From contig OZ316897.1 of the NCBI GenBank assembly GCA_973895155.1, positions 6,872,470 through 6,936,469 on the forward strand: a stretch of 64,000 nt of DNA. The letters are read 5' to 3'. The stretch comes from Marsupella aquatica (taxonomy: Eukaryota > Plantae > Marchantiophyta). The translations under genes and the position numbers were made by a program. Of the stretch, positions 35,801 through 46,941 are shown in pieces. The notes beneath the pieces were generated by a model. It saw only the letters and a program-made list of their open reading frames with translations. It made no database searches and was not told where the DNA came from. Every line of letters starts with the position of its first letter. Position 1 is the first letter of the stretch.

Positions 35801-37691
35801 GCTGCGCAAGACATGGCAGTGAAAGACATGATGAAGGAGCAACTAGCAGATTGGAATGTGGAGGTGCCAAAGATTGGACCTCTCCTGAATCCTGAGTTTG
35901 GTGACTTTTTCCAGAAGTGTGTTGAGATGCACAACTACTGCAAACATGAGAGGAAGGAGGCCCAACGAACAGACGATAAAGGAAGGGGTAATGTGTCATG
36001 TGGTCTCGATCGTGCGAGGCTATTTACGGGTGTGTCGTTGTTGACTCCGCAACTCAGATGTGTACTCCTCGAGGCACAATGCAGACCTGAGCTTCGCAAG
36101 AAGTACTTCCACCTTGGTCAATTGTCGGACAGCGAAACAAAACTTTGGCTCACCGATGGGCTGTCTGGGAGCAGGTTGAGTCAATTTGTTCTTTGCTCAT
36201 GTCTGAGATTATTTCAGAGATGATCCCAACTGTCCCAGATGCAAGGATCATTACTTCCTCTGAGAAGACAAAGCCATCACTGATCCTTGACATAGAGGAC
36301 TTTGAAGATGTCCAAACTAGAGTGAAATCTCATTTTTTCAGACAGATTTGGCCACCAAAGTTAGGTGAGAAGATTGACATCTCACTTTTTCGAAGGAGGG
36401 CGAAGAGATATACATGTCGTTTTTTGTGGATAGAGAAGTTGCTGACAAAACATATTGGTGGTCCTATCCTACTTGCTTCTCGCCTTGGATAGCAAGAGTG
36501 AAAGAGGATCCAACCTCCGTTAAATATGGAGAGTACTCGATGTACCCATGTGAGGGAGTGGAGGCTCCAAGGAAGATGAGTGAGTGGGAAGTCCTTCACT
36601 ATCCATGGTATTTAGAATCAGACAAATGGGCAGTGACATTTGACACAGCAGAGAAGGCAGCATTTCATATGATAAATCGAGGCTTGATACCAGAGTCGTA
36701 CATTACAGAGTCCAAATTAGCTCCTACAGAAGCCGAGGCTGGCGGATGTGAGGCAATGGAGAAAGTTGTTCTTGGTGTAGCTGCCATTGTCGACCGGAGT
36801 AGATCGAGGAGACCTCGCAAGGTGCCGGTGAAGGACACGTCCAAAGATGGATCAGTCTTGTCTGGGAAGCAAAGTAAGTCTTTTTCTCCTCTTTTTTTCA
36901 TACCTCATTCGGAGTAATTTTGTCTCAGTCACCTGTCTGACATTAACATGTTTTTCAGAGAAGAGAAAGGCTGCAGCCTCTGGGAGTTTGAAGAGTGGGG
37001 CGGATGATGGAGAAGAACCCAAGTCTCCTAATGTTGAGGTCACAACAAAATCTGTTGTGGACCTGGGTTCAATCCAGCGTTTAAAGAGGAAGCGCAATGT
37101 CCAAATTCTCTCCGACTCGGATGAGGAGGAAGCATGCATCGTGCAAGGAGTAGCACGAATGTGTGGTCTTAAGAAGGACGGTGAGAGGCATTTCTTGGCA
37201 AAGAGCAATCTCACGGAAACTGCAAACTCAATTAGCCAGAGGAAAGTAAGACCTCCCTGGATGGGTGATGCGGATCAGTGGTTGTCTAGAGTGAGAAAAT
37301 TGAGCGAACACCCAAACGCCGTGATGATCAACGGAAAACATTACATTGGAATTGGTGCTCACTTGGGTTCCATATTCCTTCCCACAGGTCATCGAACGAG
37401 TGTCACAGACCGAGAGGTCCCGAAGTGGAATGTTTGGAGTGAGAAATTACCATATTATTTCTTTGGAGTCATGCGTTCGATGCTTGCCGACGATGGTTAT
37501 GTCGCAGTTCTTCACAGCTCTGACTATAACCATATGAGACAAAAAAATTCTGCCGTTGAGCAAAAAAACAAATTTAAACATGTCCGGCAGTATTCGATTT
37601 TGCTTTCATCTCCTTTGTATCAGGCATATATGGATATCGAGGTAAGATATACTCAATATTTTCGTGCAATTTTTGCTAGCGAGCTCGCTAA
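29853..37691. repeat. Dispersed palindrome CTAGCGA-NN-TCGCTAG (8 full copies, all non-coding)
   Basis: Copies at 29853, 30033, 30163, 31940, 34224, 34319, 35484 and 37676. Half or degenerate sites lie near 28551, 28689 and 38953. Confidence 0.9.
30330..34045 (-). pseudogene. MULE transposase (GCM-like, DDE, Cys-rich, SWIM); intron 31905-31997; disrupted
   Basis: KVRCAGVLECQN...CGFC...HMGFHDH; WVSSD; GFIADNAEAGW...SDAFHFAQS; TGVESVH; CSCEDF...CKH. Collinear with 8810-12543. Confidence 0.86.
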
Positions 37692-38681
37692 CCAAAAGTG
37701 CCCATTACTGACATATTCTCGTTTTCAATTCAGGTGGTTACTCTCATTATGGATGTCTTTTGCAAGGTGGAATTCTTGGCAAAAGTCCCGAAACATACAG
37801 GATATGTTCCAATGACTTCCTCTGAGGATGCCCGCCATAAATCGATGTTGAGTGTTTGCTACCCAAAAACTGATCCCAGTCCCAAGGCGGTTTTTGCAGG
37901 TTCCAATAGATTGTCAGTTGGGTTCATGCAAGCTGTAATGGAGATCCTTACTTTGCCAAAGGACATTGTCATTGACTGGACTGTTGGAGATGGAAGTGCT
38001 TTTTCAGCTGGGGAATATGCTGGGAGATTTGTTGTGGGTGTTGAAGATCGAGACATTCTTCATCTGTGTGCGCAAAAAACTTTGGCAAATGTGTTGGATA
38101 GACATGCCCAGAAGTTGAAAGGGGCCGCAGACCCGAAAAACGATGATCCCAACGATGAAGGGTCGGATGATGAGTTCACCATCCCAAGAGATGATCAGGG
38201 AGGACCTTCATACGAGAAGGATGAATTCGACCTGGAGTAAAGCACTTGGCCTTTGATGTAGAACTCCCTATTTGGTGTTTTTCTTTTGTTTGTAGAATTT
38301 TCGGATGTGTAGTATTGATCCGATTCTGGTGATTTCTTCAGTGATAGGCGTTCGGATTGGTTTTTGGAGGAGAGATTCCGCCTTCGGAAAGAAATCGAGG
38401 ATCATTTTCTTGTGACCCCTGAGAAGGGATTTGCGCTTCCATGCTATGCTAAAAAGACTACAAAGGAGGTTGATGAAGCGCCCATCATTTTGACTTGGGA
38501 GGGGAAAGGTCTGCGGTCAGTGAGGGGTGTTTGGAAAGCCCTTTACTGCCCTCAGTTCATAGATGATGAGGCTGGGACTGTAGCACAGTATGTTGACGAT
38601 TTGGCTGAGGAGACTGATAGGGAGTCGAGTAGCGATCCTAGTAATTCCTCAGATGATTTGGAATCAGAGGATTCTCAATGA
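34722..38681 (+). pseudogene. ParB/Srx-like plus N4/N6 DNA-methyltransferase-like protein; 5 exons (introns about 35426-35517, 36874-36958, 37642-37733, 38237-38341)
   Basis: TLKNEFRTQGY...FCVFDGNHRL; LGSIFLPTG...MLADDGYVAV; RLSVGFMQAVMEILTLPKDIVIDWTVGDGSA...AGRFVVGVE. The four intron positions match the MULE-1 copy. Stop at 35010 and frameshifts near 36150 and 36430. Confidence 0.78.
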
Positions 38682-39015
38682 CTCATGGTCAATTTCAGAT
38701 GCAATCTCATTCCAGAAGATATTTGTCATACCAAAGTTTTATTAAAGATGGATTGTGAAAGGTTTTTTGACCTGGTTTTGTTCATTGTGATGATGCCTTT
38801 TCATTCAGTTCAGTGTAGTGAAGATCTCAATTTTTGCATTTGTGAATATTTAAGTTTCTGCATTTTTGTTTTCCGTAACTGTTTCACAATATATATCGAC
38901 AATCTTACTTGGGAATCCGCCTGAACTACCCTGAAGTTACGCACAAACTTCCCTCGCTAGCCTACTGTCCTTGCTAGCAAAACTCCTGTTTGCTCGCACA
39001 ATAGAATACCTCAAT

Positions 39016-39330
39016 TGAAGGCTGTCTTGATTTGGTCCTCCTACCTAATCCTGATTTGGTTATAACCAGAGTACCCATCCATGAATGAGTATAGTTCATG
39101 ACTGGCTACCATGTATAACACCATATCAGTAAAGGGTAAAGGAAAATGATCTTTCAATGTAGCCTCATTCAACTTCCTGTAATCCTGACAAACACGGATC
39201 TTTGGTTTACCATCGGGTCCAGGTTTCTTGGGAACTATCACAATTGGAGACACCCAGTCTGAATGCAGGACTGGAGTGATGAATCCGGCTTCCACTAGTT
39301 TATCGATTTCAGCCTTGACCATCAGAGAAT
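39016..39330 (-). pseudogene. pol: RT N-terminal fragment of A'
   Basis: WVSPIVIVPKK...RVCQDYRKLN...DGYSGYNQI. Confidence 0.93.
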
Positions 39331-42300
39331 TGTGACACTGCCGGTACGGCGGTTAATGAGTGATTCGGTCTAACTGCGCTCGGCACGCGCGTTAGGAGTG
39401 TCTTAGACCGCTATTATTAGCATAACGATAGTATTTAGGTAATCATTATGGGTAGGATATCATTAGGCAATAAGGGGGGATTCAGGTTCAGACTGGCGGC
39501 TAGTCGCTATTCGCACACCCGGGTTACGAGCGTGGAGGGGCCCCTCCCTCGGGTCCGTATAACAAACTTAAGGAAGTGGCCACTGACACGCGCTGACTCA
39601 GACCGGCGGAGTGGCCGACACACCACAAGCGTGAGCGGTTCAGCCTATGGGCGTCGAGGAGATGTCGGGGGATCGACAAGCCCTCAAGGTATAAAAGGGG
39701 AGCCAACCCTTTGTAGTGCACCAGTCCATCAGTCCACGTGCCAGCTTTGACCCCAGCTCTCTCGTTCGCTCTAAGTCACCACTACTATCTCCTCTGAATG
39801 TCGCACACGATCCTCTCTAGCTCGGCCATTCGATTCTGGACGCAGTTCCTATCTACCGGAAGGCACTTGGCCGACTCACTGAAACACGCCAACCCGCGCC
39901 GATACGAAATCGAACGCGAGTACGAGAGAGCCATCTGCCTAGCAGGATGACACCACTACATCCTTAACTTTGACTACCCGTCTCAGAGCGAGCTTTACCG
40001 ACCTGTAGAGGTATCCGGGTACTTCTTCAACGGAGACAAATATATCGGGTTCTGGGAAGCATTGCTTCGGCTTCCGGACGAGGTCTTCAATATCCCGGGT
40101 ACGATCGACTTGCAGCGACATCACTTCGACCACATCCCTGCTCAGGTTCGGGCTATCATCAACAGCGAGTCCAGCACTACCCGTTCGACAAGGTCGTCTG
40201 CATTCGCTTCGGAGAACTTCTACCAGCACCTATAGAGTTTCATAGGAACTCGGCCAGCAACCAACATGACCAACTCAGTCGTACCCGTACCCGTACCCAT
40301 ACAACCTCAGGCTCAGCTTCAGCCTCAGCCGCAGCCTAGCCAAACCCCACCACCGGTCGCCCAGCCAACACAACTATGCTCCGTCATCAACGCTGTGGAT
40401 CTTAGCGATGACGACGAGGCTACCCTACCCTTGACCAGGCGGCCCAGAGGAGCAAGCGCTCAGGGGGCCGACACTATATCGTCCCCACCCCCTGCTCTGA
40501 CCCCAGGAGCGGCCCCGACAGACAACATGGTGACCGTGGCCGACCCGGGCCCGTTACTAATGGCAGTGGCACTACCCAGGCCCGATCGGGAGGATGGGGA
40601 GGTGTCACCTTCCCCGAGCCAGTCACGGGGGAAGAAGAGGAAGGAATCCGCCACTGCATCCGGGTTACCGTTGGCCACGGTAGCCGTGGCCAAGGTGACG
40701 ATGCACCGCATGGGGGAAAACGTTCACAAAAACATCCTCCATCCCAAGCATGCGGTGTACCTAAAGACTCAGGGATTCGAGCACCTCGCCTCCCTCCCCT
40801 GGAACACTTGCAGGTACTACGGGGAGGACATGACGGAGTTCGTCAGAAATTATGACGACGCGCGTCAACATACTCGACTGCGGGGAAGGAGTATGTCTCT
40901 CACGGAAGAACGGCTCAGGATGATCTTCGGGTTACCCGAAGGTGACCATCGAGTTGAATCACGGGCTCCCGGGGGCAAGGGAGCCAAGTACCAATCGTCA
41001 AGTTTTCCCTCAGAGGGAGCAGTGGACAACGGGTTCGTGATGAAGACCTGCCTCATCCCCGAGATAGCTGAGCGGTTGGAGTTCCAGAGGTACGCCCTCC
41101 ACATGATGGAACCCCGGGGGGAGATCCTCGCCGCCCAGGTTATCCACGTCGAGAACTATCAACCTAGGAGGTGGGCGTCGTACTTCGCTAAGAAATTCCA
41201 TGAAGAGATGGAGCGGCGAAGGAAGACGCTGTACATTGGCGGGAAGGCGTATTTCGCTAGCCACATCGAGATCATTCTTGAGTGGTACGCCCGGTTTGAT
41301 CGACGAACCCTTCCCCGTGTCAACGTTACAAAGCTGGTCCCAACTAGGTGGGTTTTTCCGGCCTTGGAGAGGCGGCCCCAACCTGAGGCCCGAAGTCCAG
41401 CGGACACACCAGCTTCACCCACCCCACCTCCACAAGTAGCTGTAGTCGTAACCGAGGAGGTATCGGATGGGTCGGGTGTCGCAACCGTTGATGCGACCCA
41501 ACAGGCCGGGCTAAGTACCGAAGTCGGTACGGCGGAGGTCTTACCCGAACCCGGTTCTCCCAAAACCCACCGGTGGCTATCCCGGAGAACCGGACATTGC
41601 TACAGGAGGACGCTCTAGCCCCTTCCAACGTTACGTCCCCAGGGCTGGACGTCACTGCCCCGGCCCCCGCGCGTGTTGACGTCTGCCCGTGCCCAACTCC
41701 GGACAGGCACAACCTGGACCACCCGGAACTCTTCGTACTGGGTATATTTCTGAACGGGCTTCTGGGAGATTTCTCTCATCAGATTGCCCGGGATACCGGG
41801 GAGTTCATGGCCCGGAAGGTAGCCTGTTTCTTCAATCAAGAGTTGGTTGCCGCAGTAAAGGCAGGTCGGGCCCAGTCAGAGGCCCTTCAGAGGATAGAGC
41901 GGTACCGGGTGGAGTCCGTGTACCTAAAGAACGAAGTTGCGGCTCAAGAGGCTGAGCTTCGGCAACTACGACCCAAGGTTGCAGCCGCCGATGAGTTGTT
42001 AGCAAAGGCGCACACTCTTACCGCCCTAGCCGAACAGGCCAAAGCTGGGAACGAGGCCAAGATTACACGACTCCGGAACCAGATTGACAGTTTGAAGAAT
42101 CAAACTGTCACGTGGCAGAAAGACCTGGAGGAGGCCGAGGAACGGGCCCAACGGGACACGGCGGAGATAGCCACGCTGCAGGCCGAGGTGGCGCGGCTCC
42201 AAACCGAGGCCGAGAAGCAGGACCAGCTGGCGGGTAAACTGACAAGTGACGCCCAGCAGTTGGAGGAGGCTTGTCAGGAGGCAGCAGAGGAGACGGACGC

Positions 42301-43324
42301 GGCGAGGTGAGAGAACGAATCTCTGCTGGACCAGGTCCAGCTCCTCAAGGCAGACAATGATAGGCTTCGAAGGCAGCGGGATGGCCGCTCCCATTCGGGC
42401 GGCTCTGGCAAGCGTGCCAGGCATTAGCAGTGGAGTAGGAATAGATTAGGATTAGGACTGGCTTAGTCAGGCTCTTGGGACAGGCACCTACCTTAGGTAC
42501 AACAGCGCTGCCATGTTGTCCAGCCTGCGTAGATTAGGATCTTCTAATAAGACACAGCCGTTTTCTGGCCTGACTGTCAGCTTAGTTAGGACCTTAGTCA
42601 GCGAATCTTTGGCGAGAGGACACCCCATCCCTCGTCCCTTAGTATTTAGTGCACCCCTCGATAGAGGCGGGGGGGGTTTTAGTTGCAGAGTTGGGCATCC
42701 GCGGTATGTGCGGGGAGTCCCGACCTCTGGGAATGAAAGAGTACCAAGGGGAGGGGGTAGGACTAAGCTCGTCGGGCGAGTGCGGAGCCGGGCTCCGTTG
42801 TAGTGTGCACCCTCGGCCTTGAACCTGTTCATTCCGGGGCTGTCGGGTCAACTAAGTGTACGCATATGTTCCCTTTGTAGTAAAATCCTTTCCCATCATT
42901 TTTCCTTCGTGTAAATCGAGATTGTATGCATGTGCGCGTGTATGTGTGTGGGTTTCTCGTATATAGGTGGCAACGCCAGGCCGAACGCACTACCTGAGAC
43001 ATGCACAGGGTGCAGCCTGCGGGTAAGTGGTTGCGAGCATGGGTTGAGGACCTGTATCATCGAATTCGGATCGAAGGCGGATAGCACGAAGGCTTAGAAG
43101 CCCTTAAGCCGGGGTCGATCCTGCTATCGACTAAGGTACGTTCCGGCGGCGGAACACAAACCATACCTAGGAGGTGTCCGTATTTAGCAGTATGCGCACT
43201 TAGCGCTAGTTTACGAGAGTAAGGTGCATTACGTGCTTCCCTTCCTGCCCGAACCCCCAGATTTACGAGGGATGTGCCCGTCTAAACTGAAGTCTGAGTT
43301 AAGGCCGCAGCCGATGATGTGACA
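39331..43324 (+). mobile_element. Solo LTR, family B (3994 bp), ORF-bearing
   Basis: TGTGACA...TGTGACA termini; TSD AGAAT at 39326-39330 and 43325-43329; no gag/pol inside; TATAAAA at 39690. Confidence 0.87.
40266..42427 (+). pseudogene. LTR-encoded accessory protein, family B (about 720 aa; one frameshift near 41575, one stop at 42308)
   Basis: LPW...EFV...LT...IFGLPEG...NGF...C..P...LEF domain homologous to the family A LTR ORF, plus a C-terminal coiled coil. Confidence 0.82.
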
Positions 43325-43329
43325 AGAAT

Positions 43330-46300
43330 ACTTAGGGTTCATCCTTCGAATCGGTTGTCGAAATGATTTGGCCCCTAACATGAGATTCGGTGTTCTCCTA
43401 GTTTTGGGTCTACTCCCTTCAGATCTTGGTGACTCCAGGCGAACACATCCTGAAATTCAATTAGTAATTCACTGATCTCTTTCTCGAGCTCAGGTGCTAG
43501 GTCCCGCCCCAAATTCAGTTCCCTTCCTTCTCCTAAGTCGAGCTTCCGGTATTGCCGTGCTTGAATCATATTAATCTGCTTCTTCAAATTTGGGTCCAAC
43601 CCGGCCTCCAGCCTCTCTAGTCTCATACCTCCATAGACTGGAATCTCGGCGGTACTAGCCGAATTGGTTGACTGGAGTTCTCCCTGGTTATTAACAGACT
43701 GTTTCCTTACCGTTCTGCTTGGTTTTGCATTGGTTGTCGGCTCCCTTTCTTGACTCGGCTCTGGTTTCTTTCCGTGCATCTTATCTATTCCTGTTTCCTG
43801 AGGGTCAGGCCGTCGTGCTCTTTCGGCTTCTAATAGGGCCTCAATTTGTTCTGCCCTTGTGATCGGCTTGTAAGCCGATCCTTTGGTATTTAATTTGTTG
43901 CCAATGATAGACGGCGTTGTGGATCCTGTCGGCTCTGCCACAACGCCCAAGGAAAATCCACTGTCTCTGGTGTAGCTCCCCACCTAGTCATTTCTAGCCG
44001 ATCCGCCTCTTGTGTCTCCTCCAGAATTGAAGCTAAAAATGTTGACTCTATGGCAAAGCAATCCTCAGTCTCTTCTTCACCTTCCTCCAGGTTACTCTCC
44101 ATAGGTTCGTGCCATAGTCCGTTGGGGGGTACCTCCGATCCAAACACACTTTCTTCGGTTAGGTCAGTGAGGCATTCTAACCAATGTACTTCATTGGCTG
44201 ACTCGAGTCCACTATCGTACCCATCTACTTTCCTGATGCTTTGCCTACAGTCATCCTTAGTGTCCCAGGACACCGTGATAGAGGGGGTCCCAAAAGTGAA
44301 CTTCTTCTTACCCCAATCTTCTATTACCTTGGCTATGTACAGCCACGGCCTGCCAATTAATATTCGGAACGACGTAGGATTTACTGGCTTCATTACTACA
44401 TAGTTAATGCTAAAGAAGATACCTCCTATCTCAGTCTTGATGCCAGTTAACACCCCCGTGGGAATGACCTGATACCCATTGGCCATGTTTAACACTCTTC
44501 CAGTCATCTTCGGCGTTAGACCCCATCCTTTTGCTGTTGAATCAATCATAATACATACCCCGGATCCTCCATCAATGGGTACCCGCAATAATATTTCTCC
44601 TTGAATCATTAATGGTAATGCTGGGGCTCCTTGATCTTCTTCTATCATCAGCACATCGGATCTGGTTGCTACCTTGGGTAATCTTGGTTGGCCAAGAATT
44701 GCCTTCCTTAACTGCTTCCGGAAGTACGGGCTATTTTTCAATAGTTGACCTACTGTTACCGAGACTCTAGATTCTAGCACATCTTTAGCCAGGTCATAGG
44801 GAACTATCGGCTTCTCTTCTGGCGGTGTCTTCATCTTGGCTTCGACCTGTTTCTTCACGCTGGTTTCCACAGCCGTTGGATCCTCCAAAGCAAACAGTGC
44901 TTTTGCTCGTTCCACATCCTTGGCTATGGCTTCGGTATTCTCCAGGGTTTCTAATTCTCGCAGTTGTTCCTTAACACTAGCCGTAATAGCGGGGTAGAAC
45001 AACTTAGGGTGATCTTGATTGAAATCGTTGTCCTGTGAAGGATTGGGGTCACTGGTGAGCTCATGGCTTACCTGTGTTGCCGGCACCTTTCCTTCCCCTT
45101 CCGTCGATGTTGACGAAGAGTTGATTCTTTCTTCCTTATCCTTCCCTTTATTTTTGGCCAGCCCATCCCACCTTTCCTTCCTTCTGGTGGATCAAGTAGA
45201 GACCCGATAGCAATCATGATCCAAATCTTCTTCTGAAAATGTTGATAAGGCCTCGGCCTCATCATCAGATGGTCCGAACTCTGGCTCGGCATCCGTTTGC
45301 CATCCGAGTTTGATGTGGTTGATTTGAACTCCTCCGGGGGTAGTACCTGGCGGTAAAACTTTGACTGGCAAGAGCTTATGATTTGCGGCCAGGCCGGCCA
45401 ACCAAGTAGGACATTGTCCTAGCATGTGACCCTCCTGTCGGCATCCCATACATAGCTGAGCTGGTTGTCCATCACCTTGTTTGTGTGCATTCGGGCATTC
45501 TCTAGCAAAATGACCAGGTTGACCACAATTATAGCATGCCGCAAATCTTTGCACATTTGGCCTAGGAGGTACTGACGGATTTTGAATAATCCGAGGATAC
45601 ATCTCTCCCGGATTGTTCCTTAATCCGACCAGAGAGATGCAGGTCTATTGGATAAGTCTCGTGCTCCAGTCTCACTGATGCCGAAAACACTATCAACGGC
45701 ATCCCCTAAAAAGTACTCTACTTCTCCCTGACATGGTCTAGCCTCAGCCACATGCCGAACATGACTAGTATTAAGTTTTGGACACACATCCTTATGGTGT
45801 CCGGTTTTATAACATAAGGCACACCATACAGAGCTATCCTCCTGTACTACCTTCTTCTTTGGTTTTACCTCTGCTATTATAGCCTTAAGCTGCTCGGTAA
45901 GGGCTACAATGTTATCTGGTGTTTTAGCCTCTAGTTTGACTTTCAACTTCCCCCTCCTTCTACCCTTCTTTTTCCTAGTTTTTTCTTCTTCAGAACTAGA
46001 AGATGACTCACTCTTGCTACTCCCACTATCCGAGCTTGAGTTATCACTTCTTGACTTCTTAGAATGTTTCTTTTTCTTATCTTTTTTCTTATGGGGTGAT
46101 CCCTCCTCCGATGAGGAACTCTCAGACTTAAGCTGTTTCTTCCGGCTTGTGATATTTGCATTAATATATAATTGAATATCCTTAATTGCCTCGGCTAAAG
46201 TCTCTGGATTCTCCTTCCTAATTGCAAAACTCATCTTTTGTGGCAAAGCATTCACTAACCATTGAAGTTGCATACCTTCAGATGCATTGGTCTTTGTACG

Positions 46301-46876
46301 TCTTACCAACTTTTGGAAGCGTTGCAAGAACTTCTTGAAGGATTTGTTCTCCTTGAACCGAAGTCGTCCCAACTTCAGCACTGCTAACTCTGAAGTTCCA
46401 ATGGGTCAAAACTCCTTGACAAATAGTGATCTGAAAGTATTCCATATGGCTTGATCTTCCACATCCAAGGCTCTGTACCAAGGCCTAGCCTCACCTTTGA
46501 ACAGGCCAGGAAGAATTTGCATCTTGATGGCCGATTCTCTATTTGCTGCAGCAGTTCCTTCGAAGTCATCCAACCATTCGTCCGGATCCTCATCTCCTCT
46601 ACCATGAAAGGCCTAATGAATGCGTGACCATTGGCTCAGTCTGGTCCCTGGCCTCTCGTCTGGCCGTGCCTCTGGTTCCCCCATGTCGGTTGGAGACTCA
46701 CTTCTCCTTACCGACTCTTCTTCTGGTATGTCTTCTTCGATGCCACTTTCAGTTACGGAGCTACTAGCTCTTTCTGCCCCTCTCAGTCGTTGTGTATCAT
46801 GCCACCCGGTGAGCTGCTGCAGACGAGCTCTCTCCCGTTGAATCGCTCTTTCCTCCCTTGGTGTAGGTTCAGTCAT
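43330..46876 (-). pseudogene. gag-pol: gag-protease-linker of A' (disrupted)
   Basis: Homologous to gag at 591-1568, with three CCHC knuckles, aspartic protease IDGGSG...ILIGRPWL, and DVFAWSH before RT. Confidence 0.9.
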
Positions 46877-46923
46877 TACCTACGCTTCCTTCCTAACTTC
46901 ATATCTCACGGCTTAAGAAATGC

Positions 46924-46941
46924 CCCCTCCATCTAGCACCA
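46924..46941 (-). promoter_or_regulatory. Primer-binding site of A' (tRNA-Asn-like)
   Basis: TGGTGCTAGATGGAGGGG next to the LTR end at 46946; a C>T variant of the family PBS. Confidence 0.78.

Larger units (their letters stand above)
28458..39015. mobile_element. Mutator-like DNA transposon MULE-2, inserted in the A' RT
   Basis: Inverted ends GGTA...GTGCGAGCAAACAG (28470-28483) and CTGTTTGCTCGCAC...TACC (38986-39010). Flanking duplication TGAAG(G). The RT sequence KTAF|ITEWG is split at this point. Confidence 0.88.
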
